Assembly (NCBI GenBank): GCA_965230295.1
Contig: OZ246001.1
Span: 2,016,001-2,080,000 of the forward strand
Reading direction: 5' to 3'
Source of the DNA: Marinicella sp.
GTDB taxonomy: Bacteria > Pseudomonadota > Gammaproteobacteria > Xanthomonadales > Marinicellaceae
Length of the DNA: 64,000 nt
Both the position numbers and the translations under genes were made by a program. The notes beneath the pieces were generated by a model. It was not told the DNA's origin and ran no database searches. It saw nothing but the letters and a program-made list of their open reading frames with translations. Of this stretch, positions 30,136 through 38,024 are shown piece by piece (the stretch's first letter is position 1; every line of letters begins with the position of its first letter).

Positions 30136-31857
30136 ATGATTGATCTGCAACAAAGCCTCAAAACACACTACCCTCAATTGGCCCCTAAAGTGATGAAATT
30201 CGAAAAAGTGTTCAAGTTGTTGGATAAACTTTTACACACCGAAGAAATCAACGCTTTTATCCAAAGTAATCAACATTTAACCCGATTCGCTTTTCTGGAT
30301 GCGATTCTTAAAGAATTTGATTTTGGATATAAAGTTTCGAATAAAAATTTGATCAAAATTCCTGCCCAGGGAAAAGTGGTGATTGTGGCCAATCACCCCA
30401 TTGGGTCTTTGGATGGTCTGGCTTTGATGCGCATGATTTATGACATCAGACCAGATGTGAAAATTGTTGCCACACCGTTGTTATCTAGCATAGAACCCAT
30501 TAAAGATTTGTTTTTACCCATTGATAACATCAGCCAAAAAGTGCAACACAAGCAAAACATCAAGAACATCAATCAGGCACTGGAACAGGAACAAGCAGTG
30601 ATTATTTTTCCGGCTGGTGAAGTTTCTCGCATCACCCCCAAAGGGGTCAAAGATGGTCAATGGAAATCGGGTTTTGTTAAGCTGGCAAATAACAACATGG
30701 CACCCATCTTACCGGTGTATGTGGACTCCAGAAATTCAGCGCTGTTTTATGCCGCCTCCATGTTTTATAAACCATTGAGTACATTGCTGTTGATCAATGA
30801 GATGTATAAACAAAAGAGCAACACCATTGAGTTCATCATTGGCGATCCCGTTGAGCCAAACAACTGGCAATCACTGGGTCTTAAACCCAAGCAATTGGCA
30901 AAAAAATTCAGGAAACATTTATTTGGCTTACCCAAACGGAAAAGCCAATTCAGTACCACACCCACCATCGCCCATCCGATCAAAACCAGGCGCTTATTGA
31001 ATGAAATCAAAGCCCTGAACCCCATAGGCGAAACCAAAGATGGTATGCGCATCTTCTTAATGGATTATCAGTCAGATTCTTTGTTGATGCAGGAGATTGG
31101 GCGGTTGCGGGAATTGTCATTCAGGATGGTTAAAGAAGGCACGGGTCAACGACGCGATCTCGATGCTTATGATGTTTATTACCGGCATTTGTTGTTGTGG
31201 AATGACAAAGAAATGGAATTGGTGGGTGCCTATAGATTGGGCTTTTGTGGTGACATCATCAAAGAACAAGGCACATCAGGAATCTATAGCTCAACTTTAT
31301 ACCAATTTGATGATTCGATCATCGGCAAAGCCGATCAATGTTTGGAATTGGGCCGCAGTTTTGTGCAGCCTAAATATTGGGGGCTGAGGGGGTTGGAATA
31401 TCTATGGTATGGTATTGGCGCGGTACTTAACGAACACCCAAGAATCAAATATTTGTTTGGTGCGGTTTCAATTCCTGGTAACTATCCTGACGAGGTTTTA
31501 CAGAAATTGACTTGTCACTATTCCCAGTTCTATCCCAAACCAGATTCAGCACCTGATGCACAGGCTTATCATCCATTTGTGTCAGCGAACTCCGCTTCTT
31601 CCTTGGCATTGAAACCTGCCACGAAATTACTGATGAAAGATTTGAAAGAAGCGGGTGTTAAATTACCGGTGTTGTTTAAACAATACACCGATTTGTGTGA
31701 ACCCGGTGGTGTTGGGTTCATTAATTTTGCAGTAGACCCTGATTTCAGTGGGTGTGTGGATGGGTTAATTTGGTTGGAACTGGAGCAGATGAAAGCCAGC
31801 AAGCGTGCAAAATACATTGGGCATCATACAGCACCAATCATGGATCAATCGGCTTGA
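30136..31857 (+). CDS. olsF: Acyltransferase-GNAT fusion, bifunctional ornithine lipid synthase-like
   Basis: N-terminal ANHPIGSLDG and FPAGEVS (LPLAT); C-terminal EIGRLRELSFR, GAYRL, ELGRSFV (OlsB-like GNAT). Confidence 0.82.
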   Translation: MIDLQQSLKTHYPQLAPKVMKFEKVFKLLDKLLHTEEINAFIQSNQHLTRFAFLDAILKEFDFGYKVSNKNLIKIPAQGKVVIVANHPIGSLDGLALMRMIYDIRPDVKIVATPLLSSIEPIKDLFLPIDNISQKVQHKQNIKNINQALEQEQAVIIFPAGEVSRITPKGVKDGQWKSGFVKLANNNMAPILPVYVDSRNSALFYAASMFYKPLSTLLLINEMYKQKSNTIEFIIGDPVEPNNWQSLGLKPKQLAKKFRKHLFGLPKRKSQFSTTPTIAHPIKTRRLLNEIKALNPIGETKDGMRIFLMDYQSDSLLMQEIGRLRELSFRMVKEGTGQRRDLDAYDVYYRHLLLWNDKEMELVGAYRLGFCGDIIKEQGTSGIYSSTLYQFDDSIIGKADQCLELGRSFVQPKYWGLRGLEYLWYGIGAVLNEHPRIKYLFGAVSIPGNYPDEVLQKLTCHYSQFYPKPDSAPDAQAYHPFVSANSASSLALKPATKLLMKDLKEAGVKLPVLFKQYTDLCEPGGVGFINFAVDPDFSGCVDGLIWLELEQMKASKRAKYIGHHTAPIMDQSA

Positions 31858-31875
31858 TGTTGTTCATGGTTGTGT

Positions 31876-31998
31876 TTAAATTCTGTCTCCACAAAAAAAG
31901 TCGACTTCAATGTCTTGTTTTTGCAGCGCTTTGGCCATGACTCGGGCACGGGTGATGTGGCCATTTCCAGTCGCTTGCACCCCGTATAGGATTTTCAA
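31876..31998 (-). pseudogene. Truncated MJ1255/VC2487-family glycosyltransferase (N-terminal 40 aa only)
   Basis: TTG start; hand translation MKILYGVQATGNGHITRARVMAKALQKQDIEVDFFCGDRI-stop; begins 7 nt after the PAP2 gene. Confidence 0.8.
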
Positions 31999-32005
31999 GA
32001 GTGTG

Positions 32006-32521
32006 TTAAGCGATGAATAAAGTTAACTGTCCTAAGCCAACACCCAGCAGCGCACCGACCACAACATCAGTTGGAAAATGAACACCCAGAACGACTCGTG
32101 ACAATCCCACTGTAGCGGCCCAGATAAACAAGGGTAGCCACAAAATTGGAACTGCAGCAGCTGTGATGGTAAAAAACAGGAAAGCTGCGGAAGTGTGACC
32201 TGAGGGGAAGCTGAATTGGTCGCCGGGATTGACTTGATTTTTGATGTCCATCACCCGAAAAGGACGGTTGCGTTTCAGGGTGTTCTTCAACAGATAGTAA
32301 CAGGGTCTTTCAATGGCAAAAGCCAATGCCAAAACCCAAAAGTACCAATGATTGACGCCATTAAACAGCAAAGCAAATAGCCCCACCAATCCGTAAAGCC
32401 AGCCATCACCCATGGCTGATATGCGTTTACAAAAAGGCATTATTTTGGCGTAAACCTTGGTTGAAAATAACCTGTCAACCAGAGAAGTGTCGATTGACTG
32501 AATCAAATCTAATGGTTTCAT
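32006..32521 (-). CDS. PAP2 family phosphatase
   Basis: KNTLKRNRP, FSFPSGHT, SRVVLGVHFPTDV. Confidence 0.93.
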   Translation of the reverse strand: MKPLDLIQSIDTSLVDRLFSTKVYAKIMPFCKRISAMGDGWLYGLVGLFALLFNGVNHWYFWVLALAFAIERPCYYLLKNTLKRNRPFRVMDIKNQVNPGDQFSFPSGHTSAAFLFFTITAAAVPILWLPLFIWAATVGLSRVVLGVHFPTDVVVGALLGVGLGQLTLFIA

Positions 32522-32549
32522 GGTAACCCCAAATCAAAAGATTGGCGTC

Positions 32550-32605
32550 AGTTTATTCCAGTGATGTGACAGGTAGATGTGTGCTTGATGAATATTTTGT
32601 GACGC
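32550..32605 (-). promoter_or_regulatory. Pho-box-like repeats plus -10 element for the PAP2-GT unit
   Basis: Minus strand gcgtcac-N4-tattcat-N4-cacacat-N4-ctgtcac, then 10 nt, then TAAACT. Confidence 0.62.
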
Positions 32606-32609
32606 CTGT

Positions 32610-33956
32610 TCAGACCAACGCCACCAACTGTGGGTAAAAATACAACAACACCAGCATCAATAATTGCAGCACAATGAAAGGCAGGACACCTTTGTATAAG
32701 GCCCGTGTATTGATGTCACTGACACCACGCAGGTAGAACAAGGCAAAGCCAAAGGGTGGGGTGAGGAATGAGGTTTGTAGGTTGATGGCGATCATGATGC
32801 CAAGCCAAACCGGGTCATAGCCCATCATCAATAGAATGGGCCCCACGATCGGTATCACCACAAAAGTGATTTCAATGAAATCCAAGATAAAACCCAGTAG
32901 GAATAAAATCAACATCACCAACAGCAAAGCCGTCAGTTCGCCACCAGGTAAGTTGGTCAGGAAATGTTGTACAGCCTCATCGCCACCAAAGCCTTTGAAC
33001 ACCAGGGAGAACAAAGCCGCACCAATCAAGATCATGAACACCATGGCGGTGACTTTGACGGTTTCTTTCAAAGCATCACGCAACATGGTTGTGTTGAGTT
33101 TTCCATTCAAAGTGGCCAACAACAAGGCGCCCATGGATCCCACTGAAGCCGCTTCAGTCGGGGTGGCTATACCAGAGATGATGGAACCCAAGACCGCCAG
33201 AATCAAAAACAATGGTGGCAACAGCGATTTGAGGATGGTGCCCAAGCTCGGTTGGTTCTCAACAGCAATGGCTGGCATGGCATCAGGTCTTCGAATTCTG
33301 ACCCAAAATAAGTACAGTGCATACAACAACACCAACAACAATCCAGGTATCAGTGCCCCCATAAACAGATCCTGGACTGAAACGGTCTTGGGGTTGAAAA
33401 TGTTCATGTCCAGTTGGGCTTGTTGGTAAGCATTGGACAACACGTCCCCCAACAACACCAACACGATCGATGGTGGAATGATTTGCCCCAAGGTTCCTGA
33501 GGCACAAATGGTGCCAGCCGAAACGGCCGGATCATAACCATTTTTTTGCATCACTGGCATGGCCAACAACCCCAAGGTCACGACGGTGGCGCCAACAATT
33601 CCGGTACTGGCTGCCAGCAACATGCCGACGATCAACAGGGCGAAACCCAGACCACCTTTTTTGCTGCCCAACAAGGCAGCCATGTTTTGTAACAGGGATT
33701 CGGCCAATTTGGCTTTTTCCAGTACCACACCCATGAACACAAACACCGGCACGGCCATCAATGTCGCATTATTTAAAATGCCGTTGAGGCGATTGGGCAG
33801 GGCCGCAATGAAATCGGCATCAAACCAGCCAGTAAGAAATCCGATCAACGCGAACCAAAGAGACACCCCGCCCAAGGTAAAAGCCACCGGAAAACCGGCC
33901 ATCAAAACGCCGGTTACAGCGATAAACAGCAACAGGGCCCACCAGGCTTCCATCAA
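32610..33956 (-). CDS. dctM: TRAP transporter large permease
   Basis: GFPVAFTLGG, ASGTLGQIIPPSIVL, NLQTSFLTPPFGFALFYL. Confidence 0.93.
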   Translation of the reverse strand: MMEAWWALLLFIAVTGVLMAGFPVAFTLGGVSLWFALIGFLTGWFDADFIAALPNRLNGILNNATLMAVPVFVFMGVVLEKAKLAESLLQNMAALLGSKKGGLGFALLIVGMLLAASTGIVGATVVTLGLLAMPVMQKNGYDPAVSAGTICASGTLGQIIPPSIVLVLLGDVLSNAYQQAQLDMNIFNPKTVSVQDLFMGALIPGLLLVLLYALYLFWVRIRRPDAMPAIAVENQPSLGTILKSLLPPLFLILAVLGSIISGIATPTEAASVGSMGALLLATLNGKLNTTMLRDALKETVKVTAMVFMILIGAALFSLVFKGFGGDEAVQHFLTNLPGGELTALLLVMLILFLLGFILDFIEITFVVIPIVGPILLMMGYDPVWLGIMIAINLQTSFLTPPFGFALFYLRGVSDINTRALYKGVLPFIVLQLLMLVLLYFYPQLVALV

Positions 33957-34453
33957 CCATTCTCCCGGGTGTGATCATTGCTGGCTTGCTTTTTGAATGA
34001 TGAAACCAGGACATAGCCCAACATAGAAACAGGCATCAACAACAACAGGCTTTTGAACAGGTACATCAAGGGTAATCCACCGGTTTCTCCAGAACCTTCT
34101 AAGCGAACCCAGGCATCGATTACATAGGTCCAGCACGACCAAATAATGAATCCCATCATCGGTACCAACAACAACCAGGTACCCCATAAATTAACCCATC
34201 GCTTTTTTGCAGGTGAGAAGCCTTGATAAAACACATCAACCCTGACATGTTTGTCATGGTGCCAGGCATACACCATGCCCAACATCAAAGCAAAGGCATG
34301 ACAATAAATGGCCAATTCTTGCACCGGTATCCACACGGTGTTGAACACATTGCGGGTGATGACAGTGAAAAAACTGACCAGCACCATCAGCAAGGTGATC
34401 CAACCCAGCATGGCACCGTATTTTTCCATCCAATTGTCTGTGTGATTGCTCAT
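33953..34453 (-). CDS. dctQ: TRAP transporter small permease
   Basis: Four TM helices; HVRVDVFY; EGSGETGGLP; overlaps dctM start. Confidence 0.9.
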   Translation of the reverse strand: MSNHTDNWMEKYGAMLGWITLLMVLVSFFTVITRNVFNTVWIPVQELAIYCHAFALMLGMVYAWHHDKHVRVDVFYQGFSPAKKRWVNLWGTWLLLVPMMGFIIWSCWTYVIDAWVRLEGSGETGGLPLMYLFKSLLLLMPVSMLGYVLVSSFKKQASNDHTRENG

Positions 34454-34523
34454 ACCAAGTTGAGAAATTGAAAGCACAGAATTCTATCACGATATATCTA
34501 CCGTACAGACCAAAAAAGAAAAG

Positions 34524-35183
34524 TTAAGATGGATCGTTTAAATATATTTCAATGCGTTCTTTGCCTTTGCCGATGTTTTTTCGCTTGAGGCGGATGCTGC
34601 CCACTTCTCCGGTGCTGTTAATATGGGTGCCACCACATGAAACTTTGGCAAAGCCTGCCACTTCCCAATAGCGGCGTTGAGTTTCGGGGTCAGAAAAATC
34701 TTTGATGATGGGCAGGTCTTGGGCAAACAAGGCATTGGCCTGTTCGGTCCAGTGGGGAAAATTTGGAGACAAGTTTTCGTCAGATAAAAAATCAATGCGT
34801 GATTTATTGGCCGCAACATGTGAGCCGATGCGTTCAATGCCCTCCAGTTCTTGTGACACCATCTCCAACACCGCTTCAGCAGCAAAATGTGATCGCATTA
34901 AGCGGTATCGGCGTTGCCAATCAATGGTCACATGTACCGGTTGATCAACAGTCAATTGGTGGCTGCTGTCCAATTGGTAACGGATGTGATGATCGGTTTT
35001 TTCTGCTTGTAAAACAGGTAAACCATGGATGGAGCCCTGGTCACTTTCCTGGCCACCAGAAAAAGCAAAGAAAATGGTCTCTTTGAGGGTCACCCAGTCG
35101 CCATCAACTGATGTTATTGTGGTGTCCAATTCGGTTTGATAGGGATCATCCCAAAAGGTTCTGTGGGTATTAAAAGTTGGCAT
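34524..35183 (-). CDS. AlaX-type trans-editing (alanyl-tRNA editing) protein
   Basis: FWDDPY, TIFFAFSGGQESD, IDWQRRYRLMRSH, CGGTH, RKNIGKGKERIEI. Confidence 0.88.
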   Translation of the reverse strand: MPTFNTHRTFWDDPYQTELDTTITSVDGDWVTLKETIFFAFSGGQESDQGSIHGLPVLQAEKTDHHIRYQLDSSHQLTVDQPVHVTIDWQRRYRLMRSHFAAEAVLEMVSQELEGIERIGSHVAANKSRIDFLSDENLSPNFPHWTEQANALFAQDLPIIKDFSDPETQRRYWEVAGFAKVSCGGTHINSTGEVGSIRLKRKNIGKGKERIEIYLNDPS

Positions 35184-35198
35184 ATCTGGCTCGTTTCA

Positions 35199-35780
35199 TT
35201 ATGGTTGGCTGGTGTAAACAAAATCTAACTGGTTCAACTCGGCCACCAGTCGTTTGAGGTTTGGGTAATCCAACTCGAACATTTTATACAAGTCCAGGTG
35301 GTCCCACAAACACACCAAATGAAACCCCCGATAATCTGGTTCATTGGAGAAGTCGTCTGCATTGTTCTCAAGCCATTGCAGCCCTTGTGTGACCGAGCTG
35401 CGAAATTTATCAAAACGGGTATATTTCCGGGTATCAATGCCGGTGCGTTCGGCCATAATCAATTCGACTTCGGCAGCCATCACACCATTAAGCACGGCTT
35501 GCAGGTTTTTCTGTTTGGGGTCATGGGACAAAACATCGAATTGGTCTTCGACATCGTGTTTTCTGACCAGGTATTCAGCGATGTGGTCCGATTCAAAAAT
35601 GTTTTGACCCTCATCGATCAATGTGGGTACTTTCATCAAGGGGTTGTTGGCAAAAATACCTGGATCCTGGTCTGCCACATTGCCGGCATCAATCAATTCG
35701 ACCTCTAGGTTTAGCGCATCAATCAAAATACGGTCTTTGCGGGCATAGTGTGATTTTGGGGTGTAATACAGTTTCAACAT
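35199..35780 (-). CDS. Glutathione S-transferase family protein
   Basis: LYYTPKSHYARK, NPLMKVPTL, FESDHIAEYL. Confidence 0.9.
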   Translation of the reverse strand: MLKLYYTPKSHYARKDRILIDALNLEVELIDAGNVADQDPGIFANNPLMKVPTLIDEGQNIFESDHIAEYLVRKHDVEDQFDVLSHDPKQKNLQAVLNGVMAAEVELIMAERTGIDTRKYTRFDKFRSSVTQGLQWLENNADDFSNEPDYRGFHLVCLWDHLDLYKMFELDYPNLKRLVAELNQLDFVYTSQP

Positions 35781-35863
35781 GGCTTACAAATTTTGGCAAC
35801 GGACCCAACCATTGTAGTCCCGATCCACGAAACTTGACTAAAAATTTCATAAATATGCATGAA

Positions 35864-35918
35864 TGTCCTGAATTGTCGGGTAGTTGGCATGACTTACAGG
35901 TAGCAGGTGTTATATACT
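35864..35918 (+). promoter_or_regulatory. Putative AraC/GlxA-type site plus TATACT -10 (copy 1)
   Basis: tgtcctgaattgtcgggtagttggcat, 21/27 identical to 36394-36420; TATACT at 35913. Confidence 0.55.
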
Positions 35919-36009
35919 AAGAATGGTGGAGTGGGCGTGTCGTTAAAACCCTCCTACAGGTAAACGTTTCATCAGTTCACTCCCTCTTCTTCACCAATCA
36001 GCCAAGAAG

Positions 36010-36390
36010 GAATGTCCTAGGGACTTCATTCACTTTTGATTTCCACAAAAGTGAAAGCGGCCACGTCGGACATGGCTTACTACCTTGGGCTAGCACTCTC
36101 TGACTGGCCTACAAGGATGTAGGTCTGTCGCGAGAGCAGGCAGGAATTGTTCCCAACAATTCTCTGCATTCACCCCGTCCTGGGGATCGATGCGGAAGCG
36201 ACCAGCTTAGCTTTAGCTTCACGGCTTATCGATCATTCCATCAAGGCTTCTTGACTTTGTCAAATCGCCATTCTTACATGATCTGCCTAACCGAGTGCAC
36301 GCGCTACGGTATTCAAGCAAGGCTTATTACCTTTCAGGTAAACCATCATGCTTTCATTACCTGCGCTGGTCGAACTGTCTGACAGTTCTC
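36010..36390 (+). repeat. Modular palindromic repeat element, copy C
   Basis: Head gaatgtcctagggacttcattcactttt...aaaagtgaaagcggccac; 61 bp identical to copy B; ggcttcttgactttgtcaaatcgcc module. Confidence 0.85.
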
Positions 36391-36393
36391 CAC

Positions 36394-36449
36394 TGTCCGA
36401 TATTGTCGGGCGGTTGTCATAACAGCTTACAAACCTAATCAACTATAAT
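36394..36449 (+). promoter_or_regulatory. Putative AraC/GlxA-type site plus TATAAT -10 (copy 2); likely leaderless promoter of the regulator
   Basis: tgtccgatattgtcgggcggttgtcat; TATAAT at 36444-36449, 6 nt before ATG 36456. Confidence 0.6.
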
Positions 36450-36455
36450 GAATGC

Positions 36456-37415
36456 ATGGCATTGAACAAAGACCACAACATCGCATTTTTGGGTTTTGAT
36501 CAGATTGAATTACTGGATCTGGTGGGTCCGTTTGAGGCTTTTAACAATGCCAACCAGATTTTGAATCACTTCAAATACAACACCTTTCTGGTGAGTGAAC
36601 TGGCCAATTTCACCAGCGAATCAGGGATCAAGATGAGCAGTGACCATCGCTTGACTGATGATCTGACGATTGACACCTTGGTGATCCCGGGTGGCCGCGG
36701 AGCCAGAATACCCGAAATCATCAAGCCATACCAAGACTGGTTTAATCAAAACCATGCCCATATCGATCGCATAGTGACTGTCTGTACCGGTGTTTTTATG
36801 CTGGCTGATCATCCACTGCTGGTCGATAAAACTGTGGTGACTCATTGGAGTTTTGTAGACCGTTTGAAGATTCAATATCCGCACTTGAAAGTGTGTCCGG
36901 ATCGGCTGTTCATTCAGCAGGATAAATTTTATTCTGCGGCAGGAATTCTCAGTGGCATTGATTTGGCTTTGCATTTGATTGAAGCGGATTGTGGTGTAGA
37001 TGTGGCCAGTTATGTGGCCAAAGACTTGATCACCTACCTCAAACGGTCAGGCCATGAATCCCAGTTTTCTGAACCACTTAAATTTCAGTCCACCAACAAC
37101 ACCCATATTGATCGGATCAATCGCTGGTTGATGAACCATTACAGTGAGCACATTACGGTCAGCGAATTGGCCAAACAAGTGCACGTCAGTGAACGGCATT
37201 TGAACCGCTTGATCAACACCCATTTTCACATGAGCGCCAGTAAATACATAGAACACATCAAGCTGGAACAGGCCAAAATATATTTGGCCAAAAAAGACAC
37301 GGCTATCGACACCGCTGCATCCATGGTTGGTTATGCTTCGGCTGACGTCTTCAGGCGCAGTTTCAAGCGAAAATATGGCATGGCACCACACACATATCAA
37401 TTGCGTTTTCAATAA
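36456..37415 (+). CDS. GlxA-family transcriptional regulator (DJ-1/PfpI plus AraC HTH)
   Basis: LLDLVGPFEAF, VCTG, THW, AAGILSGIDLAL, C-terminal AraC HTH. Confidence 0.93.
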   Translation: MALNKDHNIAFLGFDQIELLDLVGPFEAFNNANQILNHFKYNTFLVSELANFTSESGIKMSSDHRLTDDLTIDTLVIPGGRGARIPEIIKPYQDWFNQNHAHIDRIVTVCTGVFMLADHPLLVDKTVVTHWSFVDRLKIQYPHLKVCPDRLFIQQDKFYSAAGILSGIDLALHLIEADCGVDVASYVAKDLITYLKRSGHESQFSEPLKFQSTNNTHIDRINRWLMNHYSEHITVSELAKQVHVSERHLNRLINTHFHMSASKYIEHIKLEQAKIYLAKKDTAIDTAASMVGYASADVFRRSFKRKYGMAPHTYQLRFQ

Positions 37416-37440
37416 TCAGAATTATTGAAGGAGTTTTCTT

Positions 37441-37881
37441 ATGAAATTCATACACATCATTTTAGGGTGTATGCTGACAGCCGGTTGGGTACATGGTGCA
37501 GACCAACTGTCACAACATCAAGGGCTACAACAAATCAACCAATTTCATTTCGCTTCAAATCAGTTGGCAAGTTCTGCTACCCCAGATTTACACCAATATC
37601 AAATCCTGAAAGAAGCTGGTTTTAAGCACATCATTGTACTAAGCGCTGGCTTGCACTTGGTTGAAAAAACCCATGCTGAAGCGTTGGGTATGACATTCGA
37701 ACAAGTCAATGTCACTTTAAATGAGCCAGCAGAATTGAACTTCAATGAATTCAGTGAATTGTTGGTTGGGTATGGTGATGAACCAGTGTATGTATTCAGT
37801 GAACAAAATTGGCGTGCTGCCACCTATGTTTACCGGTATCAAGCTTTGTTGAAAGAAGACCTGTTGTTGGCGGCAAAGTAA
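37441..37881 (+). CDS. Secreted tyrosine-phosphatase-fold (DUF442-like) protein with a degenerate active site
   Basis: Signal peptide; LASSATP, AGFKHII; P-loop position reads VYVFSEQNWRA instead of HCxxxxR. Confidence 0.6.
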   Translation: MKFIHIILGCMLTAGWVHGADQLSQHQGLQQINQFHFASNQLASSATPDLHQYQILKEAGFKHIIVLSAGLHLVEKTHAEALGMTFEQVNVTLNEPAELNFNEFSELLVGYGDEPVYVFSEQNWRAATYVYRYQALLKEDLLLAAK

Positions 37882-37951
37882 ATTTTTAGAATCTTCATGC
37901 AGCTGTACACCCATTACTGTTCAGCACACTATTTTTAGGATAATCTTCCTG

Positions 37952-37993
37952 TCATCATTCTGTGGCTTCGTTGTGGAACCCACAGAATGATGA
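37952..37993. terminator. Hairpin between convergent genes (probable bidirectional terminator)
   Basis: tcatcattctgtgg/ccacagaatgatga 14-bp perfect stem. Confidence 0.65.
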
Positions 37994-38024
37994 AAATAAT
38001 ATTTGTCCATCGTCTGAAACGACC

